This document shows positions 25,521-38,670 of a stretch of DNA of 64,000 bases, one piece after another. The stretch is from contig NC_058368.1 of the NCBI RefSeq assembly GCF_018350175.1, positions 40,364,001 through 40,428,000 of the forward strand, in the 5' to 3' direction. Origin of the DNA: Felis catus. Lineage: Eukaryota. The number at the start of each line of letters is the position of its first letter. Positions within the stretch are counted from its first letter, which is position 1. Both the position numbers and the translations under genes were made by a program. A model generated the notes under the pieces. That model searched no databases. It had not been told where the DNA came from and was given only the letters and a program-made list of their open reading frames with translations.

Positions 25521-25799
25521 TATGTGCATACTAAATGTACCCTTATTTGAAATATTTGTTAATAAAATATTCATGCATGATTGTTAACAGAAACAGTGAG
25601 ATATTTTTGCAAATTTTATACTTTCTTTAATTCTTTAGTTACTATAAGTTAAAACAAAACCTAAGGCATTATACTTTTATCTATACAGTTTCATCAACGT
25701 ACATATTCTATAATACTAGTTTTAAAATGACCTCTACAATCCATTCTCCCTACCTTATTTTGTATATTAACTTGTTTAATTTTGTCACACTAGGTATAT

Positions 25800-25910
25800 A
25801 CATTTTATGAGAGTAGAGAATGCATTTCTTTTGTACACTGCCATAACTCTTGCACCTAGAAGAGTGTCTGGAAAAATAGGCATGGATATTAGTTAAACAA
25901 ATAAATATAA
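25800..25910 (+). mobile_element. L2 3' end fragment
   Basis: GTACACTGCCATAACTCTTGCACCTAGAAGAGTGTCTGG. Confidence 0.55.
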
Positions 25911-26259
25911 TACCATTATGACTTGCATGTAGGTTGTTTAAATAGCACCATTTGTTTAATTTTTGTAGTATGATATACCAACAAAATACATATCTCAAAG
26001 TTACCATGTTTTAAATATATAAAAGGATTCCAGCATTTTAACAGTCTTTAATGAAATGGCTAAAATGTATGCTATTGCTGTTAAGACTTTTACCATTTCA
26101 TAAATGAGAAGGAGTACTTGAATTAATTTTCTCTTAGTGAATACTTGTAAAATTCAATTTTTAAGCTATAAATGTTATTGAGTTAAAGCTTTAAAATACT
26201 ATGTAATAACCTCCTTTTTAAGTCATTGTGGGTTGCACAGGAATTGGTGTACTTTGGTG

Positions 26260-26480
26260 CTACTTAACAATCTGAGCTTTGAATCAACACAAGCCTGGGT
26301 TCATATCCCAAGTTCTGCCAAATATTTATGTGACTTTGGCAAAATTTTAAACCTCTAGAAGTTATGGTTTTTTTCTCTGTAAAATAATGACAATAATAAT
26401 AATACATAAATTTTCGAGTACTGCATGAGATTATTCATGGAAATATTTAGCATCTTGCCTGGTATGCTATTATTATTATT
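26260..26480 (+). mobile_element. MIR
   Basis: CCTGGGTTCATATCCCAAGTTCTGCCA...TGTGACTTTGGCAAA...CTGTAAAATA. Confidence 0.85.
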
Positions 26481-26934
26481 GACAGACTTTGATGTGAATT
26501 TCTTAAAATTTTGTTCCATAAGAAGAATTAAGAAAGTCTTTTTGCTGTATTATCTGCCATGTCCTAAAAGATGATACCCTGAATCTGGTACTTTGGCTAT
26601 ATAAAAACGTGTCTTGTTTATCTTTGTTTCTCTAGGGATTAGTTTACTCATTAATTGAACAAATAGTTGTTATAATATCAGTATGAATAAAGATTGGCAT
26701 TTAAAAAATGCCATTATTGAATCAATAGTGCATAGTAGTCGCCTTAAGAAAGATAATTTAGTGAGTGACTACAGTAACTATGACTCAAGAGCTCTCAAAT
26801 GCTGAAAAATCTTTAATGTTAGTAAGGTAATACACATTTACACTATGAAAACACCTCAAGGGGAATCATATTAATTATAGAGACTCATAGCAGAGTGAAT
26901 ATACATACATAAAAAGTTGTGGAGACCTGTGATA

Positions 26935-26969
26935 CTTTTTTAAATGCTTTTTACTGGGGGAGGGGGGCG

Positions 26970-27033
<64 letters not shown>

Positions 27034-27219
27034 GAGAACACATGCACAGGAGTTAGGGAGGGGCAGAGAGAGAAAGAGGATGAGAGGGAATCTCAAACAG
27101 GCTCCATGCTGTCAGTGTGCGCAGCCTGACATGGGGCTCGATCCCACGAACCATGTGATCATGATCTGAGTAGAAATCAAGAGTCTGATGCTTAACCAAC
27201 TGAGCCTCCCAGATGTCCT
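26935..27219 (-). mobile_element. Can-SINE with long (GA)n
   Basis: Perfect TSD GAGACCTGTGATA at 26922-26934 and 27220-27232. Confidence 0.95.
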
Positions 27220-27756
27220 GAGACCTGTGATATTAAAGCAGAGTTACCATGTTAAGGAAATTGTCTCCTCTATATCTTATGTAAATTCTTGGTAGTGTCC
27301 TACTTTTCACAATAGAAAAGAATACTTTCTTAGAGTTTTTATAAATCTCGATCCACTTACTACTTCGATAGCTTAAAAGTAAATTATCACTCTAAGTAGA
27401 TATTCAGATACATAAGTGTATCCCAGGAAAAACATTTTCAGAGAAAGCTGATACACACATGATTTTTGAAAAGTTAAAAGGCAATGCCATTAGTTCTGTA
27501 TTTAAGTGTTCAAATAATTTCTAACACTTGTTGCACACCATAGTTTTCAAAATGGAAAAAAAAATAGTAACTTCTTCAGCATTTTAAAAGTTTTGTTGCA
27601 TATTGACTTCCCTAAATGATCACCAGCATAATCCATTGATCAAGTAAGTCACCTCCTGGACAGAGCTCTAATACTGTTTCAGAAGAAGAAATTCACCAGA
27701 AGATTTTTATAGGGATTTAGTGTATGAGCTCTAGTAAATTAAAGTAGGCTATTTAA

Positions 27757-27962
27757 GGGGCACCTAGGTGGCTCTGTGGATTAAGCATCTGACTCTTGAT
27801 TTCGGCTCAGGTCATGATCCCAGAGTTATGGGATCAAGCCCTGCAACAGGCTGAATGCTGAGAGCAGAACCTGCTTGGGATTCTATCTCTCCTCTTCTCT
27901 CTCTGCCCTTCCCCTGCTTATGCTCTCTCTCTCAAAATAAATACATAAACGTTAAAAAAAGT
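27757..27962 (+). mobile_element. Can-SINE
   Basis: GGGGCACCTAGGTGGCTC head; TSD 27741-27756 vs 27963-27978 (14/16). Confidence 0.95.
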
Positions 27963-28706
27963 AAAGTGGGTTATTTAAACCCAAAATTGTTTGGGATCAG
28001 GCAAAGTTTGTAACATTATGTTTAAGAGTGGCAGACACAATGAAGTGAGAGTTGCAATTAAAATATGGTTTGAGAGGTTCTTTAATCTTGCGAACAGTTT
28101 TTATCTGTATTAATAGAGTTTGGAAGATTCTTCCCTCCAAAAAAAAAAAAACCATAAAGTTATTATTTTGTTTATTGTCATCCTGGGCAATAATTTGCCA
28201 AAACAATTCTTTATTTATGTTGACCTAGATGGGCTTTTTTTTTTCCTCGGTCGTATTAGTTAAAGTACATAGATACAGGTGTTCTTGGTTTCCGGTGCCC
28301 ATTCTTCTCAGACTTACAAATCTGTTTCAAGTATTTTATAATATAAGAGCTCTAATAGAAAAGAGAACCTTGAATATTCAAATGTAAAATGTGTAGAAGG
28401 ATGATAAACCTATAGTTAATTAAGGAAACCATTAATTTATAATTAACACTCAGATAAATTCAGCACTTTCAGGGGACTAAAGAATGTGTGCACATGTGCA
28501 CGTGCACACACACACGCATACACAATAGGGCCTCTTGTGAAAGCTCCTTTAGCCATAACTATTAAATACCTTCTATGCAGAAACTAGTAGACCTTTTGAA
28601 TAAAATGGTAATTACATCTTAATCATCAATAATTTGGTAATAATCCTAGTCTTTTAAAATTGGAAACGACTGCCAGTATGGAAACATATCCAGAAAATCA
28701 GTTATT

Positions 28707-28820
28707 GGGTTGCCTGGCTGGTTCAGTCAGTAGAGCATGCAATGCTTGATCTCCGGGTCATGAGTTCAAGCCCCACGCTGAAGGTAGAGCTTACTTAAAA
28801 AAAACAAACAAAAAGCAAAA
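28707..28820 (+). mobile_element. Short old Can-SINE (tRNA-Lys-like head + A tail)
   Basis: GGCTGGTTCAGTCAGTAGAGCATG...GAGTTCAAGCCCCAC; TSD CAGAAA(A/T)TCAG(T/C)TA. Confidence 0.88.
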
Positions 28821-31800
28821 CAGAAATTCAGCTAGAAATTGGAAGCCTTTAGGGAATATACAAGGTTTTCTAATGTTAGAGTTCTTAAACCACAAAGCAA
28901 GATAGTCTGGATTATATCATTTCAGAATCAAATTGGTGATAGAAATAGTTGTGCTCAAAGTGGAACTTAGTTTTTACCTTATTTTTTCTCCCTACTGTTG
29001 CTACAATGTGGAAACAGTGGTACATGCAAACCACCATATAATCAAAAAAGAATTTCAAAGTGGCCCATCTACATACTTTAAGTTGCAGACAACCTGGTAA
29101 TTACACAGAGCCATCCATTGGCTATCATTGGCATACTTAAAGGTTATCAGTGATTTCTGCATTTTCTGTTACCCTTAGTGATTCAACTAGAACTTGTGGT
29201 CTACAGGATTTGGAGAGAAATTGCAGGATGAAAATATCACTATGTCAACACAATGCAAAGATGATGATCTAAATGTATTCTGATTACCCCGTTTTATTCA
29301 ACAACAAGGAAAAGTGGTTGTGCTCAATAAGGCTTTCCAAAAATCAGTGACAAAAGCTTAGTGCCTCTCTCCACATTTCACACTTAAAATACCTTGCTCT
29401 AGTTCCACATTTGAAACTATTTCCATAAATGGAAACGGTTACCAGTACACAAGGCTGTGGATACCACCAGTGAGATCTGAGATGTTGAAGTTTGTTTTTT
29501 TGGTCCCTACAGTTTTTCCTTTGTTCCCATTTGTGTTACACAGTGGTATGTGAATGCTTTGAGAGAAGGTTGAGTTATTCAGAATACAGTGAAATCTAAA
29601 GGACTACATTTTAAATATGATTTGGAAACTATGCACCATGGAAAACTTGCACCATGGAAAACTTCAAAAGATGCATAAAAGATGACTTTAAGCATCTCAG
29701 GCTGGGTAGAAGTAGCGGTCAGCATCAGGTGAATTAAAACAGTAGTAGACTCTGGCCAGAGGAAGACAGCTGCTTCTATGTAAGGGGTTCTCTGGAGGTA
29801 GCGACGTTCTTCTGAGTTTAAATGTACTTTTTATTTCTGATAATAGAAGTTTAGAAATTGAGTAACACCTTAATTATAAGTATATAGAAGTAGAATTAAA
29901 GAATTGTGTGTTTTCGTAGGAAGCAGGAATACAGGACTAGACTTCTTGATCAATTTTAGCTGTTTTCTTAAAGGCAATTTTCATTTATTTTTGATAGCTC
30001 CCTCTATATTGGATATGGTTTAAAGTATATCGATCTCTGAAAATGTGAGTAGTACTATTATTCCCAAATGGCTGAAGCAAAATGGGGAAAGAAAAGCCTC
30101 TTGGTTGGGTGAAAAAGCTAATCCAGTTTTTCCTGTTCCTATTGAACTTGAAGCAGAATGAGAGGACCAAGGCCAATTTTTTCCTACCTACCTGGAGTTA
30201 ATAATGTGAGGATAAATTGAAATTACTCTTTGTAACCAACTCATGATTACTACCAAGAGGAAAGATAATCAATACCAGGCAAGATGAGATCATAGTCAGT
30301 GATGACTTCTAACCTCATCAACTTTTAAGGTCTTTGAGTCAAACATGGCTCTTGGAGAACTGAAATGAAAAATAAAGAGAGAGTGAACGAGAAGAAGAAG
30401 GTCACTGCCCTCAATTTCTTTCATTAATTTGCTTACCATACAAAGAAATAAGTGGAAATGACTGACAAATGTTATCTGTGAATGCTTTAGATTTTGTACT
30501 TGTTGTGTTGTTTTGTTTGTTTGCCTCTTAATGTCATGGCTTTATGTGACTACCAGTTGAATATCTGGGCATTAAAAGCCATGGGTGATAGGCTCTTAAT
30601 TAAGATTATTACTAGGGTATACTGTTGCCTATGATTTTATATTTGTTGAGGATTTAAAACAAAAAACAAGAAAATAAACACATTTCTCTGTTAATACCTG
30701 CCAAAAGTTAGACCAAAAATTCTTGTTTTATTAGAGAGATTTGAACTGTCTTCTTTTGTAAATATCCAAACTTATGGGATCATTCATTTGAGAGACAGAT
30801 CAGTGAACAATATGTTACAAACTGGGTATCATGAGAGAAATCCACACATAGTGTCCAAATTTATTCGATAAACCTTAAAATATATGTAGTAGCTCTGATG
30901 ATAGTAATGCATTTAAATGTTTATAAAAGAAAATATTTTATGTTGGCAGCCACTTTTGTAGCACTAGAAATTATTTAGCCCTACTAAAATATTAAGCCGT
31001 GGTTAAAACTGAAAATAAGCTGAATAACCTGTTGAATTACATAAAAACATAAAATGATAATAATGATAGATATAATATTTTAAAGCAGCATTTATTTAAA
31101 CATCTACATTTCCCCCATGTTTTATCCAAGCCTCTCTCATTACTATCCGAAAAAGAGAATATTGCTGTTCTGCTATGTTCATTTATTGTCATTAGACATC
31201 CATTTGAAATTGTCAGATAAGTCATCATCATTGAAGGTAAATTTGGCTTCTCTTTGCTCATGCTTCATGGACCCCCAAATTCTGTCCCATCATTGATGTT
31301 TCATTGCCCAGGCCTCGGATCCTGTTGTTCAGGAGATGAATGAAGTGTTACTGAGACAATTTCAGCCCTTGAGTCACTTTATAAAATTAAATACTCTCTT
31401 TTGCAAAGGACCTTCCTGGAATATTAAGGTGTTTGTTTGTTATTTGAAGAATAGCAACAGTAAAGTGGAAAATACCATTTGCAGTGGTAATCTTAGTAGT
31501 ATTGACTTTCGCTTTTAAGTGATTATCATGGAAACATTCTGTGTCAGATCCTTATATCCCAGGTCCTTGTGCAGGTTTCCTCCACTGCCTGAAAGCAGAC
31601 CCTTCCTATGAAAACTTTCATAAGCCAAATACAGTGAAGTGCAGAAGCAGTTGGCATTAATGTATGTGGGAAATTTTTTGAGCATTTCCAGACCCCCAAA
31701 ATACCCTCTTTTAGGCTTTTCTGACACCTTGGGACACATCTTACTAGTGGATGGTCAGAATAAGTGGAGATAAAAAATAGATGCTCACAGACACAGTGCA

Positions 31801-32094
31801 AAGCTCTGGTGGCTTGATGCTAAGAACCTGAGTGTAATTCCAGGGAAGGAGCTTGGCAGTGCCCCTCTCACTGCTTAGGACGTGTGTTGTCTCTATGACT
31901 TGCTGCAAAACAAACACTGAATGCTGTTTTTGCTTTTAGTCATTGTTTGCAAAAATAAAATTCCTCTTCAGATTTCTTTTGGCTAGTGAAGAGAGGTATT
32001 CATGGAGGTCATTTCTAAAGGTGAAGTGGAGTAACACGAACTTTCCAAAAGCAGGGATACCTGTATCTTTAACTTTGTATCATGCATTTTAGCA

Positions 32095-32215
32095 TAATTA
32101 TTTTACACAGAGGACAAATGAAGCTTTAAAGAGTCAAATAAACAACATGTACTAGTTAAAGTTACAGACTCAGGGTTCGGAATTCAAACTCAGATCCTTA
32201 GGTTTCTAAAAATTG
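32095..32215 (-). mobile_element. MIR fragment
   Basis: ATTTTACACAGAGGACAAATGAAGCT...GGAATTCAAACTCAG. Confidence 0.55.
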
Positions 32216-32807
32216 CTCAGTTTCTAATCTGACACTGAGATAATCTAGGTTTACACTTCAGATTGCTGATGAGTAAGATGTGACACAGAGTAAAATTTGT
32301 GCTACCTTTCTGTTTCCTGTGATAGATTCTTTGATATGCTGATTTTTAGCATTGTAAAACACATTTGGGGGATAAATTCCATTCCTTTATGTATCCATCA
32401 TTAGTTACATGTCAATATCTATGGAAGACCAGTGCCAAATAAAGCTTTTGTTAAACTTCACTAGGTCATCAGTGAAGTAGACAAAGGGAACACAATTTGA
32501 AATGCTTACTTGGTAAATTTTCCTTTCTGACTTGCCTTGGTGTTCATTTGGCTTTTTGGGCAAAATATGTTACCATATTTGGGGAGAGGAGTGGGCATTT
32601 CTTACCCTTTGTTTCCTATCTCTTTTTTTATTTTCTCATTTTCTTAGTTTTATTTTTTTCACAATTGTCCTCCTTACTAGAACTTTTTTTTTTTTTTTAA
32701 GTTATGGGGTTGAAATATAGTTTGTGATCTTTTCTTGCTGTGAAATGCAATACTTTATTGAAGCCTTCCATATGTCACACAGATGGGTTAAAACTGAGAA
32801 TTGGATA

Positions 32808-33017
32808 GGGGCGCCTAGGTGACTCAGTCAGTTAAGCAACTGACTCTTGGTTTTGGCTCAGGTCATGATCTCACAGTTTGTGACTTCAAGCCCCACATCA
32901 GGCTCTGTGCTGACAGCATGGAGCCCTCTTGGGATTCTTTGTATCCCTCTCTCTCTACCCCTCCCCTGCTCACGCACGCTCTCTCTCTCAAAATAAATAA
33001 ATATACATTAAAAAATT
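32808..33017 (+). mobile_element. Can-SINE
   Basis: GGGGCGCCTAGGTGACTCAGTCAGTTAAG head, CT tract, A-tail. Confidence 0.95.
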
Positions 33018-34381
33018 AGAATGGGATAAGATAAAAAAGCATATCATGAAGTGTTTTTATTTGGTACCCCTCAAAAAACCCACACAGATAAACATGCACA
33101 TACAGATATACCCACGTACAGGTAAATGTACAAACTGCCACTTTGGGTATGAATTTGTTCTGTTAATAACTCTGGGACCCCCAGCGATTTCTGGACCTTG
33201 ATATCATACTCCCTAAATAAATTTGACTTCATTTGTTAGTGCATCTTCATTGTTTTATAAGCATTTTGAACCTTCATAAATTATTTTAAATATTTTAGAG
33301 TTAGAACATAAGAGATTTCTATGTTTTCTTAAAAATATTAATTATACATTTGATTTTTGAAATGGCAGCAGAGAAAACAGTTGCTAGGGCATTAAGTTTA
33401 ATGCACAAGATCAGTATTCTCATGTTAGATACCCAGAAGTCTGGACAGAACCAGGGATATGGCCTCTGTGAAACATACACTTACTGAATAATTCTTTGTG
33501 TTACCAACTTCCCAAATATTTTAAGAGATTTTATCATGTGAGATAGGGACTTTATGTAAATATATTTCTTTTTCTTCCCCATTTCCTACCTATATCTCTT
33601 CAAGGACACCAATAAACTTTTGATTAGTACCATGGGCATTTCTAACTTCCTATATTCAGGTTTCTTTTACAATGAATTCTGTCATGAGCTGGACTACACA
33701 GTTTTCCCTTACATTCTAACCATAATTCATTATACTCTTGTGATTTCTTTATAACACTTTTTCTTGATTTGCAGGAAACTCTTCAAAAGCAGGCCATCAA
33801 TCACTGAACATGTGCATGAAGAAATGACCTTCATGTCTGTTTCTTGTTCTAAATAATTTCTCTCTCCTTGTACAAATTCTTCAAGGTAGTATAATTTTTT
33901 AAAGCTTGTTGTTCCAAGTTTTTGCTGTGATATTGTAATCAAGTATTGTAGGATATCTATGTGTGTGAATGCATGATACATGTATTTATTTATACTATAT
34001 AGGTATAAATATTTATAGAAGGCAGATTAGTTTACTCATTATTTTGCTTCTTGTTTGTAATTTTTTTTAGTTATTTAGGTAAGAAGACAAGATTATGAAC
34101 ACATCATGTAAGAAGTTAAACAATGTTTTTGTGTTTATATAGTTCTCTTCTGAATGTTTTAATTGTTTTGAATACCTAATGATGTGGTCCACCCAGTGAC
34201 TTTTTAATTACTTTAAATAGTAATTTTTTATAATACTCTTACAGAGGGCAAAAAGTGTACCATAAAGTAGTGTTGGATTTTTTGATGATTATTTAAAAAA
34301 TTTTTCAGTATGTGAGGAATAAATGTCTGAGCATAGGCTTTACCTGTAGGCAGACTAGAACCATCATAGTTTCCTAGTATC

Positions 34382-34850
34382 TGTTGATTAGTCTGGTTAA
34401 GCTAGATTATATTATTCTGTAGTAGGCAGCAATCCCAAATCTTAATGATTAAGTAATGCAAAATTTTCGTACTTAATCATACTATGAACCTAGCATTATT
34501 TGATAGATAATTTGGTAGATTCTACTCCACATCGTCACTTGGAGATACCCTCTGAGGGAGATTTACCATTGTGTAACTGAAGCATCTGGAAGACCTGATC
34601 CTTTCATCTCCATAGATGGTGAGAAATGTGTTTGAGAGTCTTAAATTGTCAATTAACTACCTTGGCAAAGAAGGTCATATCTACCATAACTGTACTATAA
34701 CCATAACTCTTACAGTCCATTGGCTAGAACTACATATATGGTCCTACCTAGTTGTAAAGAAGTAGAAAAATGTTTTTCAGCTATGTATTTCCAAGATAAG
34801 AGGGAGTCCCAGGGGAGTCTTTATTGAAATGTAAAATTATTCCATCATAT
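34382..34850 (-). mobile_element. MaLR LTR (MLT1, old subfamily)
   Basis: ATTAGTCTGGTTAAGCTAGATTAT...CCCAAATCTTAATG and CCATTGGCTAGAACTA..ATGGTCCTACCTA motifs. Confidence 0.7.
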
Positions 34851-34944
34851 TCATGCATTATTTCTCAAGAAGTTTAAATAAAAATTACAAGTGTCTGACA
34901 AATTTTATTACACTATTTTAGTTTTATATTAAATTTTACTTTAC

Positions 34945-35168
34945 ATTTTTAAAAAATGTTTATTTTGAGAGAGAGAGAGACAGAGACAGAGCATGGGCGT
35001 GCACATGAGTGGGGGAGGTGCGGAGAGGGAGACAGAGAATCCCAAGTAGGCTCTGCACTGTCAGCACAGAGTCCAATGGGAGGGGCTCACTCTCATGAAC
35101 CGTAAGATTATGATCTGAGTCAAAATCAAAAGTTCAGTGCTTAATTGACTGACCCACCCAGGCACCCT
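34945..35168 (-). mobile_element. Can-SINE
   Basis: Typical head/body/tail. Confidence 0.93.
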
Positions 35169-35526
35169 TATACTGTTTTAATTTTAAACATTGATGAGAT
35201 TCACCAAAGTTTCTTAAATTCAAATTATTTGACTATGCTTATTCTCCTCATCTTTTATTGTTTGCTTATTTGTATTATGTTAACTGATACTAGTAATTTT
35301 AATTTTAATAATTAACTAACTTTAATCCTTGTTTGACATGTATGTCTTTCTAAATTAATATTTCAGAATTACATAGTTTACTTTTGCTAGACATTTTAGT
35401 ATGAGGAAATGACTAATTTCAGATCTCTTTTTTGTTATTGAGAATAATATTTGTAAATTACCAAAATTAAGAACCATCCATATATTTTCATTTACAAAAT
35501 AAATTTCCTATACTTAATGTTTTTTA

Positions 35527-35754
35527 TTTTTTAATTTTTTTTTAATTTTTTTTAACGTTTATTTATTTTTGAGACAGAGAGAGACAAAGCATGAACGGGG
35601 GAGGGTCAGAGAGAGGGAGATACAGAATCTGAAACAGGCTCCAGGCTCTGAGCTGTCAGCACAGAGCCTGACGCGGGGCTCGAACTCACGGACCGCGAGA
35701 TCATGACCTGAGCCCAAGTCAGCCGCTTAACCGACTGAGCCACCCAGGCGCCCC
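35527..35754 (-). mobile_element. Young Can-SINE (SINEC_Fc)
   Basis: CpGs retained; perfect 16-bp TSD TACTTAATGTTTTTTA at 35511-35526 and 35755-35770. Confidence 0.97.
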
Positions 35755-38599
35755 TACTTAATGTTTTTTAAAAGAAACCATGTGTTTTATGTTATTTCCT
35801 TAGGTTAATAAAAAAAAAAGGAGTCTGTAAAGAATCCTTTGATGTTCATACAGTTTTGTCTTTCATATGCTGTATCAACACTTCTGTACAGCATTGCACA
35901 ACCACATTACATAAATTAATTTATGTAAACTATCAACCATTTTCTTAATTTTATCTAAAACACCTCTGTGTGGTTAACTTAAATAGTTCAGCCAGTACTT
36001 TTTGAGTATCTATTAATGTTCAAAGTATTGTGATAGCTGCTGCAAGTACTAGGCCAACTTGATGCATATAATATATTTGAAGAGATAAAGCATTTACACA
36101 TGCATTTGTTTTGGTGTTTTATAGCTAGAGAGTTCATTTTCAGAACTGCATAGTAAAAGAGAATTATGTTCACAGATACGGATAAATCTCTCTTATCCGT
36201 GCATTTATTTAGGGGTGTACATAATTCTAAAAACAAATCGTTTAAAAACCATTTACATTTCGTTTTAGAATATTTAATACAATTTGAAGCAGTGGAATAA
36301 ATAATAATCTGATGTATGTATTGCTTGAATTAAAGCTGGAATTGTCTGTGAAAACCTGTATTATGGACGAGGGCAAGGATGATCTTTGTGTATTGGAAGC
36401 TGAGGAAAGTTAGTTTAGGATTCAAAACTTAATATAAAATATCCTCCAAGTGAAAAAACCACACAAGAACAAGTTGGAATTTTCCTACATTTATAGCTTA
36501 ATTGAAGAAAATAGAAATACTTGTCTGACTTGGATGATCTGATAATAACCAATGTTGGAAGTACACTGGCTAAACGCCAATTCATAGATTATATCTCCAG
36601 ATTTTCTCCTTGCTGTTACATGTATGCTATTTATCAAAAGTCTTGTTTTCAGTCACCAAGCTCTTATATATAAGAAAGCTATAGCCTGCCCAATTTCTAA
36701 ATCTAATCCTACAAAGTAATATACCTTCCAAAGACTTAACTGTTTTACATATTTATGAATTTCTCCACAGGCCCCCTGAAAGATTCATTTCTCAATTGTG
36801 TCACAAGACATCACAGTATAATGCTTGGCTTATTTTCCCATCAAGTATTGTTCTACAGCTACCTGGTGTTTTCTATTTGCCATTGTCTAGAACAAACTGA
36901 GGATGCCGCGTTGACCCAGGCTGCTCAATGTGCAGGACTCATGCCTGCAAGCACTGGGACTCTATAAGACTTATCACTGTGCGTTTCTGTGTCATATCAC
37001 CAGCTCATCTGCAGAAATACATTCTGACTGAGTAACCCTGAGGTAGACAATGCTTAATTCTCCATTTCAAAATCTTCCAGGAATGGAAAAATGATTCAGC
37101 TGGAAGGCATCTGCCCTGTCAGCACCCTATTATCCTAACACTGTGTTTACTCTGTTACAGGTTTCAGTTATCCTTACACAGTTTGATCATTTTTGAAGCT
37201 GGCCTGGTATGTAACTTAACACCAGTTCACAGTATGTTTATGATTGGTTTTAACATGATACCTATGGATTTACCTACATCTGTTTGCCTAGTTTCTCTAG
37301 TCTCTACTTTTGAGAAATATACTTAGTAAAGAAATAATGGGAGGATAAATTATTAAAAACGGAAAAACCATTTGTTAAAAGAATGTAGTTATTTTAGTCA
37401 TTACTAATTACCAGTGTACTGAAATAAATGCATCCACTGAAAAAAGGAACATTTCTATAGATGCTACACACACACATGCACTTGTGTCACATACACAAAT
37501 ACACATATACATGTATAATTTCACATACACACAGGTGTTGTCTACAGTGTGTTAATGAATGTCCATACGATATAGAATTATAGTAAGAAATTACATTAAG
37601 AAATTTAATCTTGCTTACAAATAAAATAATCCAATTTACCAGTTACTTAGCATTCCATTTTCCCACATCTACTAATAAAATATTCTGTGCAAATAAAAAA
37701 TCATTAATTTCTAATACCATGGAAAACACTGCAATTTTTTTTTCATATTAGTTTGAAATGACAGTTCATTTTTTAGAAATTAAAAAAATGGGTAAGGGTG
37801 TATAAAAGCAAAAAAAAATCTCATTTTCAGTAGGTTTAATAGTTGGCTTTAAAATTATGTTTTTCTTTATAAATCTAGGTAATATGGTTTATATCAAATA
37901 TTAGCAACACTGTCAGCATTAAGATAACATTTTCTTTTTTGTGACCACAGTAAAAATTAATAATTTAATATATATGTATTTGAGTTGAATCATTTATTTG
38001 TTTCATTATTTACTTAATCATTGAATAAATATTACTTAGGTCCGTATATCAAAAACTTTCTTTAACATATTATAGTTTTAAATTTTAGATATATAGTATC
38101 AAAATTGTAAATATGTTGGTGTTAGTTTACTCTTCTGTTTTTCCTTTTGTGGCTGCATTCTTTTTCAACACCTTTTAGATAGAAACTGATGAAACTCTGT
38201 TCCACATTGTGCTAAAATGTTTTCAGAGTTTGGATATAATAATGAGCTCTCAAAGTCATTTTATTGAAGCTTTATTTTTTTGTCTAGATTACATACAGTC
38301 TACTTGATTAATTTAGGATGTCTTAATAAAAACTTATTTAAAAGAAAATAATGTCAGCTGACTTCATATTAGATTCAAAATTAGGTCACAGTTTATTTAT
38401 TTGAAGGATCATACCTTTGAATTGATAATATACATATGCTATGAGTGGATGAGTTTTCTTTATAGCTTTATTTGCAATTCAAATTTACATGTTTTATGAT
38501 CATATGTGTAGGTATATATTATTTTAATATCATTTATAATCATATGCATGTATATGTATGCATGTATGCATGTGTGTATGTACATTTAAATCTCTCAGA

Positions 38600-38670
38600 A
38601 GTACTGTAACACAAACTTGGTTGCTTAAAACATAGTTATAGAGACTAAGAATCTGAAATCAAGATGTTAT
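38600..38670 (-). mobile_element. MLT1 fragment abutting L1 5' end
   Basis: CTGTAACACAAACTTGGTTGCTTAAAACA...TCTGAAATCAAGATGT. Confidence 0.55.

Noticed and set aside
28707..28780. tRNA-Lys gene
   Set aside because: Degenerate tRNA-like head with A-tail and TSD, so a SINE
31037..31335. 74-aa minus-strand ORF / possible exon
   Set aside because: No recognisable homology; early stops in all frames after the candidate acceptor
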